Below are positions 14,401 to 26,350 of a DNA stretch of 64,000 nucleotides, in pieces. The position numbers and the translations under genes were made by a program. Position 1 is the stretch's first letter. Each line of letters begins with the position of its first letter. The notes under the pieces are model-generated. The model ran no database searches and had not been told where the DNA came from. It saw nothing but the letters and a program-made list of their open reading frames with translations. Source of the stretch: Yuukianura sp. NJ FZ-2021 (taxonomy: Eukaryota); contig CM102289.1 of the NCBI GenBank assembly GCA_046563655.1, positions 4,216,001 through 4,280,000 of the forward strand, given 5' to 3'.

Positions 14401-17400
14401 ACAAGGAAACCAATACTTCAAACTGGTATGCTGTATCCCTGTCATTGAATAGGTTTTGAGCCTTGAACATAATTACCGCCAATTTGAGCACCTCAATCAT
14501 TACATCTGCGCGAAGATTCCAAACTTGTGAGGGAGTAGATTGGTCACACTGTTGAACAAGTTTCTCAATGTTTTTCAAAATTCTTTCACCTGTAGCTGGA
14601 AGTACATTTTCCTTTAAATCTGACAAAACGCCCAAAACAATGTGAGCCAAAGATATAAACGACGAGGCGCCTTCACTTGAAATGTTGAGGACCAAAACTT
14701 TAACAATTTTCAGCAGAGACTTCCTTCTGGCATCACTGAGCTTCGGATTTGACGGCAATTGATTGTTTGCAATCCATTCAATCCAACCAAAAAGGCAATG
14801 TTCAAGTCGGAGGATACTTTGCTCAATTTCTGTCAAGCTACTGATTGTGAACGAAAAAACTTCCAAATCTAAACTGGCAACATCAAGTACATGAAGTCCT
14901 TCATTGAAATTTGAGAGTTGAGGAAGCCCATTGGCGTAATTGTCATCCAATCGCAATTTGTCCGCCATTGCACTCAAGCATTCCTTGATTTCACCATTGT
15001 TTCTAAGAATCATGGCTCTACCGATGAAAACTTCAAACCCATCTTCGCCATGGAACTTGTTGTATGACCCACTGTACATGTTGCCAATGACTTCAGACAG
15101 TATCGTAGTAGAGTCGGCGCCTTTCACAAGTTCCTGTATGTAGAATTCCCTGTCCTCAAATGAAATATGAGATCGATGTGAAGAAAGAATTTTGAACATG
15201 ACTTCAGCTTTTTCATCTACTTGCGGGTGTCTCGCTCGAAAAGATTTGATTTGTTCGGCAAACGTAACATCTAGGAAGATAGATGATACAAATGTTGGAT
15301 CCAAACCTTCAACTGTAATCTTGAAATTTTCCTCCACAATTTTCAGAATTTCATTCAATTCTGTAGGACTGAAATCCAGGTTCCGAAGGAGAAACTTTGT
15401 CAACGGGACGTCAATGTTATGCTGTTGAGCCAAACTGTTTTTTACTCTTGACTTTGTCATTCCTGGGACTGTATTCAAAAACGACGTTTTTAATTTTTTG
15501 AAGTCTCCGCTCTTCATTTCATCCATAGTTTTAATTTTCGCGAAATAATTTGAAAATCTGGGAAGCTTTGTCCTTTCTACTTCCAAATTGAAAAGTTCTC
15601 GAAAGAATGGAATCAGTTCCTCGGATAAGGTGGATTCAAACACTTCTGCACTCAAAGTCATCAGTTCTTCCCGCTCTCGACGTGGTGTTTGGCCCAGGAA
15701 TTGGTTAGCCCGGCGATAGCCTCTGGCAATCATAGCCCTGAGTCCTGTTTGCTCAGTATTTATTGAAACACTTGAACCTTCATCAGCATAAGTTGAATCT
15801 GTTGGAATCCTTTGCAGCGATTCGTTAAAGTCGTTCAAAGCTTTCCGCTTCTGGTCCCACAGAATTATGTCTCGTAAAATGGATCCAATTCCGATATCGG
15901 TCAGTTTCGAACATCGGTCTTCAAGTGGAGTCGTATCGAAATCGTTCGAACTAAAAATACTTCGGTACCAGCCGAGAATTTGAACTAGGTCTGAATCTGA
16001 AATTGAGCTAATATGAGCTGGAAATGCCCGTTTGAGCTGAAGTAGATCCGATTCGAACTTGTCGCCGGTTCTACATTTTCGGATGATATTTGGAATGAAA
16101 TACTTCACAGGTCGGGGAACTGTGTTCCATTTCCTGAAGCTGCTGCTAACCATGGCCTGAATAGATAGTGTCAATGATCTTGACATAGAATGCTCTAGGT
16201 CTACTGCGGTAGATGCGTACCAGGATTCCAAGGTGGAGTCATTCAACTCCACTCCAGTTATAAGACTGTTGCTGCCACTGCTTGAAGATACTGGATTTGC
16301 GTGGTGGAGGTTTTGATTTTGCCAAGAATTATCTATTGGTGCGGTGAGTGAAGTGTGGATTGTTTCCATCATATTGACAGTGGTTTGATGCTGAAGTCGA
16401 ATTTGTTCCAATATTTTGGCTTTCCTTTCTTCAAGATTTTGCAACTCCAGAGAGCATAATACAAAGTTTCTTTCTGCTACCGCAACTATGTTTGCTGCCT
16501 GTGACGCTTGCGTACTTGACGTGGATTCAGTTACGACGGGTAAGTTTAATGAAGAAGATTGAATTGGAGCAGCATGGTATAGCTGCGCTGGAGTTCTTGA
16601 TGTGGGCTCAGTTTCCGGTGCATCGTTGCCGCTATTACGTTCGTCACTCTTTTCCGTTGTCTTTCCGTCTCTGAACCAAGTTGAGCAATCCGCCTCGACA
16701 AGGCACAGATCCCTTCCATTGTCTTTGTATTCATCCTCCCATTTGGAATGTTGATCAGCTCTTATCCAGGAATGGAGAAACAACCACGACGCTTCTCGAT
16801 ACCAAGCGTTGTCTTTGCCATGCGGTCCACCTTTGCCGCTCCTTCCAGGATTTCCGGGACAACCGCTTTCTCCTCCTTTTCCGTCTTTTGTCTTGATAAA
16901 AAAAATTAAATAGGATTAAATTTGTTCATGCCATTGGTAAATAAGAGGGCAGTACCGATTAATTGAGAAGATTTATTTAGTCATACTTCGAAAAGTGGAG
17001 ATGTCACTTGTACTTCATTTGCGAATACGGTGACTGAGCCTCGAGAGCCGCCTCTTCCGCCTACCGCACCAACACCACCTCTCCCGCCTTTCCTTCCAGG
17101 CTGGCCCTCACTACCTGTCCAGATTCTGATTAATGTATCATTCGGGTGTTCGTCTGGAATCTCCGCGGTTTTTCCTTGTAAACCATTTGCTCCATCTCCG
17201 CCATCTCCACCATCACCACCACGACTGCCATTTCCACCGTTACATAAGATCTAACCAAAGAGGAAGTAAGTATTAATTTTTTTGAGAATCATTGTCCAAT
17301 AGTTTCTCCTCTATACCGTGCCGGTAATTGTGTTTTTGCAAAACAAGAACTCACAAGGGAACATTCCCAACCGGTCGTCAAGTTTTTGAATTTAAAAAAT

Positions 17401-19696
17401 ACAGTCATATTCTGTATGTCAAAAGAAAAATTTCTGCAGCAGTTTTGGTTGCCAACACCAAAAAAAGTACTCCGTCCTAGCTTGAACCCGTAACCCCACT
17501 CCAGAAAAAAAGAGAAAAATATTATTTATGTTGAATTATTTAGCAGAAAATGTCCAGATTGTATAATAAAGCATGCTAAACACATTTTCTGTTGAATAAT
17601 TATGCTTAATTTTTATCCTCATTTTTCGGGAATGAAGGCACGGGGTACATTTTTTTGGTATTGGCGACCAAAACTACTGCAGAAATTTTTCTTTTGCCAT
17701 ACAGAATATGACTGTATTTTTTAAATTCAAAATCTTGACGACCGGTTGGGAATGTTCCCTCGTCAGTTGCTTTTGTAAACGTTTGCCTGAAAATTGGACA
17801 CTAGAATTCATTTTTTTTTAGTGTAAGTTTGTCAAATAGATAACAATGGAGTGCCCGTATGCGCGGTATAGACGAGGATTTAGGGTAAACATTTAAGAGT
17901 CAACCACGTACAGCGGATTTGACGTCTTTAATACTTCATACCTTTAGAAATTCAACACCTTCAAAAGCATCTTTGGCATGGATGAAAATGTTTCCCGCTG
18001 ATTTTCCATCGTTCCCCCTCCGACCGTTTTGTCCATCTGTTCCAGCAGCAGTGACTGTATTTCCTTCTTCTCTGGTTTCAACTCCATCATCTCCACTTAC
18101 GTCTAGGGAAACTGTGTCTTTATTGCTTCCGAGTAACACGGACATGCGCCGTCCTTCGATTACTAAATTTCTACTTCTGCCCAGTTTCCTAGGAAAGTCG
18201 ACATCCAAGAAGACGACTTCCGATCCTTTAACATGGAACTCGAAAAAGTCATCTGAATTTCTTATATTCTCAAGCCGCTCAATTTTACGTACGACGTCAC
18301 TGAGAAAAACGACTGTTCCTTCGACCAAATAGTATTTATGCGTAGGGTAATAGTCCACATTTAATTTGAACTTTTCCTGAAGCAACTTGACGAGCATCTC
18401 CTTTCTCGGCTCCAACTGGACAAAAATGTCGTCCATGTAAAAAGCAGGATCCATTTCCCTGACGTGGTTCAACTCCCGAAGACGAGTATATATTTCTTCG
18501 AATGTAGTCAAATTGTTGTTGTCTGGTTTAAACTTTTGGCTGGACAATGTTTGTTTTAGGCAGGCTTTGATTTGGTACCAAGCGGCAGACGCTTTCAATG
18601 TCTTCAAGTTTTCTTCCAGCATCGATCTCTAAAAAATACGGAGCAACGTAATGAAAAATTACACAAATTCAAAGCAGAACAGACGCTGTACTAACTACCT
18701 TCTGTTAGTTAAGTTACTATTTACCAAGTATGCAATTTGGCTTACATTATTTTCAGAAATCCCCTCCTGCTCGAGTTTAGATTGTTCTCTACGAATCCGA
18801 ATTCTCATTTGCTCCATTCCACGGTCAACATCTTCCGGGACACAAGTATGCAGTTTTATGTTATGCTTTGCCACGTCTCGCCGTTGACATAAAAGTTGTC
18901 GCAGTCCTTCTTCTAAAGCTTCAACTACTCTTTCTTTAAAGTTCTTTAAGTGCTCATCAATTTCTTTTGTCGAAGACACAGTTTTAGACACAACGCATAT
19001 GCGTGGTAGTAAGTAGAGGATGTTATTCTCATCAACAGAGCGTAGAATACAGTCGAGATTGTCAAAACTAGGCGCTGTCTTCAAATTTTCTTCCAAATTG
19101 ACAAGTGAATTGATCACTTGGATGATGTCCTGAGAGCGATTCAGAAAATGGACTGCAAACTGCGTTGGAAGGTTAAGATCTTCAAAATCGTGCATAAGAC
19201 CGTTCATGTAATCTTCGGGGTTTGTGTAGTAGTCTTGCTCATGAACAATTGGATGAAACACGTCCTCTAGCATGAGTACTACTGATTCAGGGCGGAACAC
19301 TTGGTTTGTAACGTCTTCTTCTGACATGTCAAGATGCGCAGCAAAGAGGCTGATGATGTCTGCTTTCCTACAATCTTGTTCGTATTCGCCGAAATAAATT
19401 TGAATCATGGCCCGCGTAAACTCCGAGGGATCTTTCAATGTGCTGGTTAGTTGTTCCCAGTCACGCTTTAAACTCGGTACAAGACAATAATCCTGGAAGG
19501 ATGACGCTACGTGGTATTTCCCAGTAATCTTCTGAAGGATCATAATGCAGAGACTTCCGGCAAAAGTACTGTCTCCAGTTTCACCAACCTTCAGCTTATT
19601 TCTGGAAAGCTCCTCCAGGATTGTTGTCATCTGCAGAAGATACATGTTAAATTTATTGCAAGTTTAAGTATCATTTACTACATCTATATCTCCCAT
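5447..19696 (-). CDS. Giant (~4,030 aa) protein with SecA-type DEAD/helicase ATPase motor, Gly-rich repeats, TPR-like segment and C-terminal hydrophobic region, 13 exons
   Basis: Exons 19696-19679, 19630-18725, 18628-17942, 17250-16987, 16891-14011, 13906-13399, 13318-12768, 12318-10702, 10414-9789, 9722-8920, 8857-7018, 6928-6506, 6421-5447 sum to 12,099 nt in one open frame. SecA motifs in order: QIATGEGKT, IVDEVDSLLLD, GRQQYLQLRHG, LFGITGTLG, IVATNLGGRGTDLK, GGLHVIL, RIRNQAFGRTSRSGKGGS. The first two junctions are the least certain. Confidence 0.88.
17348..17768. mobile_element. MITE-like element with ~120-bp inverted arms, in intron 3 of the SecA-like gene
   Basis: agggaacattcccaaccggtcgtcaag...gtactccg (~17356-17474) is the near-perfect reverse complement of cggggtac...cttgacgaccggttgggaatgttccct (~17641-17760). 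No coding capacity; TSD not resolved. Confidence 0.7.
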
Positions 19697-21959
19697 TGAA
19701 GTTCTCAAGTACGGAGCTCAAAGCTCAAAGTTCCAGCAAGCAACGCCGCGACGTTTTAGAAAGCATATTTTTAATTAATTTTAATTAATATAATGAAACG
19801 TTTTAATTCCTACTCACTCCACTGCGAAATTTTGATTCTCTATACTCTAATTCCCGAAATTCGCATGATTAAATAAAGAAGCTACGCCGGAAGACACAAA
19901 AGCTTATGCTTTTGAAAATAAAAGAATACGCATGCGTAAAATGCAAATTTCCGCTTGTTTCTGATTTACCGGGAAGCACTCTTGCAGAATCCATACTGGT
20001 AATGAGTACAAAGTAATTTAAAGTGTGAAATGTTACACGCACATAATAGTACTTAAAGTGTAAGGTTTGCTTTAAAAAAATGAATTTTTCCCACGCCAGT
20101 TTATAAGGCACTTATCCCATCAAATCCAACACAAATATTTAGATTATGACAGGTAATTTCAGTCCCAGCCCCGACGCTCCAGTTTTTTTTTTTGTCCATT
20201 TTGCTACAATATTTTTTTTTTAACATCTTACGTTTTTTTTAATTACAATCCATGAAGACTCGGTAGATTATAATGACTTACATTTTTGACACCAACGTCA
20301 CTTCCCTCGTGTTCCATTTTGTTGATTTGTTGTTCAGATTCAAAGTAACAATTCAACTGTAACTTGCCACTTCACTTTTTCATTGTATTTACATGATTTG
20401 AAAAAAATTCGCACAAGAACCGTAAAAAGAGTTCCAATTTTTACTTTTTAACTCGCTTTTAACTGTATGGAACAAGTTCACAATTACTTTTAGAAGTTCG
20501 ATATTTCCAACTTTGAAGGAGCAACTGACATAAATGAGTAACAGTTTGACTTCGACAATGAGAGTGTTGAGTGTACAGATACAGATGAAAATGATACGGA
20601 CATGATGAAGCTGGAGCTTTATAATGTTGATTAAGAAGAGTTCACTAGAAATCGACGAGGTTCACAAAATATAACAACTTGTGTCTGACTCAAAGCTGAA
20701 TTGCGATTTTTTATTGCCTCCAGTTTACATTTTTCAATAGATCAAAGTCCAGTTTGCCACATCATCTTGATTATCAATGTTTGAACTTATGTTTGGTGAA
20801 GTTTTAGAATTGATTGGTACCGCTTTTCAACGTAGATTCACAATTTTAGTAATAATTACAAAAATTCATTTGCATTACTTTCAGAGTCGCGCCGCAGCAT
20901 TTTCCTTTGTTAGAAACAGCACAAATTTACACACTTTGTGTCCAAAGTTACTGTTTTTTGAATCTAGAAATGAATACTGATAAAAATGTTTGATGACTCA
21001 TGTTTTCTTGTTCACAGACAAAAAAATATTACTGCACTTGGTGGAAAAGATATAAGCAAAAGTTGACGTGATTCACATAAACATCCTGCACCAAGGACAA
21101 AGCAATAGACATGTTTAGTCTTTTTAAGTTCAAACTTCACTGCTCTTATTCAGTATAACCAAGCAACAGCAACCAAGACGCTATCACTGTGACATTGTGT
21201 ATCATATGCTAAAAAGACTTCTGGCTTTGTAAGTTGCATTGCAAATTGCAATGCAGGTTTCTTCTTTTAATTTTTCCATCACTCGCCTTTACTAAAACTC
21301 TAACCAGACTACAAATCGAAGTGCAAGAGCAAACGCTCATTTCTTTGTGTATTGAACAAATTCGAATGGTTGAAATCTATTAATTGTGCCCCTGCTTGGG
21401 TATTTGAGTAAGTTTCTGCTGTGGTTTCTTTTGACTTTTTTTTAGATTTGGCTGGTTGAGAAACTCTCAAACAAAAATAGTTTTCTCTTGCAAAAGTGGA
21501 TACGGCACTGGCAAGATTTATTCAGGGTGTTTTTTTTTCTTTGTGTAAACTAAACTTGTTTTGTGTGATGTGAGGACATTGGGATGCAAAATTGTGATGA
21601 CGATGAGTGTAGAGTTGCTTCTGTTTCGGTTCCAGCTAAAGATAAGTTGAGGTCAAAGAAGGTCAACTGCATGGGTAGTATCTATCAACAAATGTGAACT
21701 AACGGCATAAAAGCAGTGAAAACATTGCAAAGTGTTAAACTAACCCACCATAACCCAGAATCCAAAGTGTTGCAAATTCGCTTCTAAACAACTTCATTTT
21801 GGTTTGTGTGGAAAACTTTTTAATTTTTGTAAAGGAAAAATGAGCCAGAGCCGATTTCAAGTGGATTCTACAGAATCAAGTAAAAACAACACTTTGCTGG
21901 TGTTAATTTATTTTTTAATTTTTATCAGCTAATACTTGTTGTAGAGTGTTCAAAAAATT

Positions 21960-22962
21960 ATGGAATTTAAAACTCACTCTTTTTTTGGCAAAGGAGATGC
22001 TAACGATGGAACAATTAGTGTTGGAAGGGCATCTCATTCTCTTATGCCCGGAACAAGGTCAAGTACCACCGAAAATGTCAACATTGGGGCCAACAGTGCA
22101 GTTGTTGAGAATTTGTTCCAAAACTCTCAGTTGCAGACAACTTTTAGAGTGCTGAGGAGATACTTGGAATCACTTGAGGACGATTTTGCAGATGAAATCA
22201 GGGAAGCTTTTGACCTTCCCAAACTATGGGAGAAGTTTCAAAGTAAAAGCAAAAACTATAGCTTTATTTTTCGATTTCCCAATCGTCTGACAAATTTGCT
22301 ACAAACGTTTTGAAAAAACGTTTGAAAATGAGTTTTTTTTTTTAATTCTTGTTTTGTTTTTTTTTTTTAAATATTTTAGGTTTAGACTGGAAAATGCAAG
22401 TAGTAGTAGTCCTGGGAATTATCGCGTTGGTTGGATTAGCCGGTTGGTTGAGTTGGAGGGCAGTGTGTTATTGTAAGTCATACATTGCTACAAGTACGAC
22501 TTTAAAAAAATCAAATTGTGGCGTTAGCGAAGAGTGGCCTAGGCAGTTAATTCGTATAACAGGACACGGTTTCTATCGATGCTTAATTTAACAAAAATCT
22601 AACTTTGTTTTATTGCAGTGTATCCCAAAATAGTCCAGTTTTTTTCGACAGACGAAGGGAAGGCTATGATGACCAACATCGGCTCAATTCTGGAAGGCAT
22701 GCGAGTTTTGGCTGTTGATTTCGGAGTTATCCTGTGTGGAGCTGCCGAATCCGTCGTTGGACAAGTGACTGCTGATCCTAGTATGGCTGTCAATGATGCC
22801 CAAGTGGACGACGACAGACTCCACGCAACGGCAGAGTCACTTCAACATGTCGCTTCACCTTCGGCTCAGTCTTCTCCTGAAGCGCGAGAAGCTGTCATGC
22901 AATTCATACAAGCCTTTCTCCGCTGGTACACCAGTTCGTTAATAAATACAGTGTCCAACTGA
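21960..22962 (+). CDS. Orphan single-pass membrane protein (~240 aa), at least 3 exons
   Basis: Exons 21960-22242, 22380-22472, 22619-22962 splice in frame: ...LWEKFQSLDWKMQVVVVLGIIALVGLAGWLSWRAVCYLYPKIVQFF.... One strong TM helix. An upstream ATG exon near 21840 could not be joined in frame. Confidence 0.6.
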
Positions 22963-23869
22963 ATTCATTTCATCAAGATCCCAACGGTGTTCTTAAAGTT
23001 CAGCTAGCTTGCCTTTTTCTCCATTCATAAAATTTACTGACCAAATGTGATTATGCAAGCATGAATAACTCGAAACAAACTACAAATGCTCAAATAAAAT
23101 TTAGACTTGAAAAGATTTTTTTAAGGTGCATAACCACAATTTATACTGACCAACCTGTCTCGATTGTTTAAGAAAAACTTGTCTGTGGTTTTAACCAACA
23201 AGAAACGTTTGAAATTCTAAGAAGCACAAGGTTGTGAAAATATTTTTTATGCCTTTACTAAATTACGAAATGGGATAACCTTGCATTCGGGAGACTCCTT
23301 AACTTGTTTTGATATAACCCTCAAATTCAACAACCTCACAATCACTAGTGCTGCGTTGACTGGTTACAGTTAGGTGGCTACAAATTAAAAAACGATGATT
23401 GCAAGTAGAATGGGGATAGCGGTTACAAGGCGTTCAATTTAGCCTTAAACCAACCCAAGCTTTGTGGAGATCTGCTAAAGGTGACTGCGAACCTCCCTCA
23501 ACCCCAAACATTCGGAGGAGCGCATTCAACCTACCCTCATACACTAGTGGATTGCCGTTAATTACGTGATAACGATTAAGTTTGGTTTCATAAAACGTTT
23601 CAGTCCAATTGCTATCGTATTCTTAAAATGTTCGATTAGGTAAGTCGTCGCTTTGTCTAGATTCTAGAAAAATAGTAGTCCCTGGCATTAGAAATGTTAC
23701 GAGACGAAGTTTGTGAAGTGTGTTTTTGTCGTACAACCACCTTTAGTTCATTTATCACAAAAAGAGAGTAATTCAGCATCCACCCACCAACCAGCGCCAA
23801 GGAAAAAGCAGTAACATCAATTATCAGGGTCTGTCAATCATTACATTACACGATTAATCAATTGACAGG

Positions 23870-25622
23870 ATGGCTGATACCCAGAGTACACGAGCCACTG
23901 CTACAGCTGCGAATTCGGATGGTGCGGAAATTTGCGGCAATGACGTTCTTTATAAGCCGGGAGACGTGATACAAGAATTTAGTCCCCCATTCGTGAAAGT
24001 ATTGAATGATTCCGTAAAAGGTAATATTAGTATTTCGTAACTTAGATTAGTCTCGTCTTTGATAATTGTAGTAACTCCGTTGCTTGTTTGCTTTAGATTT
24101 ACCATTGTACACTCCGGCTGGAGTAAGGGAGAGGGTGCCAATTGTAACACCCCATTCTAACACCGCATTGTAACACCCCATTGTATTGTAACCCAACGAA
24201 CCTCGAGACGTGATCAGTATTGCCAATTTTAAAAAACCTAACACCTAAAACCGCGCCGAAGGCGGGGGGTTACAATGGGGTGTTACCATTGGCACCCTCT
24301 CCCTTACTCCTACCTACACTGCCTTGAATTGTTTACGGCTCACGATAATCTCTGACGATTGAGTTGTCTCGTTTCTTCGGTTTCTCCTTTATGTTTAGAT
24401 TAACGTCTTCTTTATTTCCGCAAAATTAGCTACTTCATAGCCATTCTGCTGCTACAACCTAATAGGGTGTTCAAACACATTTGACGGTGATCTTATGACC
24501 GGTTGTATGAATAATTTTGTGAGGATCGAAAGGGTAATTTGGTTGGTTGACTTTGTTTGTTGTATCGGAATAGGTTTCTACTGTGACTTCTGCTTCAAGG
24601 AATCTGATTCGCTTCGCCGCTGCGCTGGATGCTTACTTATGTACTACTGCGATCGCAAGTGCCAGCGGAAGGACTGGGCACTTGCTCATAAAATCGAATG
24701 CAAATCGTTGTGCTTCAAGACGTACATACCAATTGCTCATCATTTTGAGGCACCGGATTTGGACAGAGATTTTCGGCACAAAGTGTTTCGCCTTTATGCT
24801 CTTTTAAAGCTTCACCCTGCTTCAGCACTTGAACAGTACAAGATGTACGATGGTACCAGTCGCGCCTTCAATGATCTGATTTGGCACGAAGACAAGCTCC
24901 TTCATGAAAAGTCGTACAACTCGGTTCTAAGTTTAATGGCAAATCTGATGGAGAACGAGCCACATTCGCCTCCGCCACCACCGGGGAATTTGTATCATCT
25001 TTTCCGATTGGCAGGAATTTGGAAAACGAATTCCACTGCAATGCTGAACGAAGCTCGTACAAGAGTAATTGGGACTGGAATTTACATCCAAGGGTCTTAC
25101 TTTGACCACGGTTGTCGCCCCACCGCCATTAGTATGGGTAAGGGCATCGAAATGGAAGTTAGGGCCATTCATACAATTAAAACGGGACAGAAGCCGGTGG
25201 TCAGCTACTTGGCAGGTCATCGGCGTCAAGCGGAAAGGGCCAAACTGCTGAAATTGCGCTACGACTTCGATTGTAATTGCGACCTTTGCCAAGAAGAGTG
25301 CAAATTTGGAGATGCCATGGACTATGAACTACTCAAATCATTAAAGGAGACTCCGCCATTAGTCAACTGGAGGACAATTTTGAAGGGAGGTCAGGAAGAG
25401 GTTAAGCTGATGCGGAAGTGTTACGTGGAGTACGACGAGCGAATTTCCAACAAGTTGCTCGTTTTGATTAAGGAAGTCGCTAGCCTATGTGCTCCGAAAA
25501 TGGTTCTACGGGATTTGGCCAACGAGACTGAGAGACACTTGAGAATTACGTTTGGATCTGATTGTGATGATTTATTGGAGCTGAATGATGTCCGACGTAT
25601 GTACGGAATTCCTCGGGCATAG
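23870..25622 (+). CDS. SET and MYND domain protein (SMYD family), 2 exons
   Basis: Exon 1 23870-24020 (MADTQ...YKPGDVIQEFSPPFVKVLNDSVK) joins exon 2 24574-25622. MYND finger CDFC...CAGC...YCDRKCQRKDWALAHKIEC; SET core YFDHGCRP; post-SET YDFDCNCDLC. Confidence 0.9.
24120..24310. mobile_element. Short MITE (~190 bp, ~37-bp TIRs) in the SMYD intron
   Basis: ggagtaagggagagggtgccaattgtaacaccccatt is inverted as aatggggtgttaccattggcaccctctcccttactcc. Internal short taacacc.catt repeats. Confidence 0.7.
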
Positions 25623-26350
25623 AAATCTCTTTTACTTCGACACTAACTGTTTTCTATTCCGTTTTTTAAGCCTGATTCTTTAATTATGTTTAACTTTTAA
25701 GTTTTTGTTTACAAATTACACTCAGGCTAGGCTTTTTTCTTACTTCAATAAACCTTGACTAACATATTGCAAAACTAATACTGCTCATTCGTTAGCTGTA
25801 AATGGATAATACTGAAGTTGAGTGTGTACTGGAAGCTCCAAATACTCTCAACAAAACGAAAGTGTTCGTATCCGTAGATTAACATATAACGTTGAATGTA
25901 CGTTACTACGTATTGAAGTAGTTCCTTGGTGTGTTGGTCGCTGTCTTGTCATGGCACTTGCTTGTTCGGCCCAAAAATTTCCAAGTTAGGAACAATGAGC
26001 TGCGTTTGTGGTGAGGCTGTATATTTAATTTCCATTTTATTTTGATTACCTAAATTTTTTTTTTAAATTCTTTATCACTCTTGTTTGTTAGTGTTTAAAG
26101 GAACCACGAACCACAGGAAGTCTGGATACGCCGAAGGAAGTCATCACATCCGTGATTGGGCCCTACATTTTCACCAGAATTGGGGTAGTCATACCATATT
26201 GATATTTTCATTACGATTACAATACAATTCCATTTCCAAACAGGCAATTGAGTCGAGCAGTTAATTTCAAAAATATGTTGGTTCTAGCGTAGTTGGAAGC
26301 CTAAAGTGATGTGGACTCCATTACTCCCGTAATTTCTGGTATTTTTCAAC

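Noticed and set aside
17030..17254. Pro-rich plus-strand ORF
   Set aside because: Antisense shadow of the Gly-rich exon of the SecA-like gene.
20300..21800. Acidic coding-like fragments (e.g. FDFDNESVECTDTDENDTD) suggesting a decayed gene or transposase
   Set aside because: Interrupted by stops, with no motif or termini to support a call.
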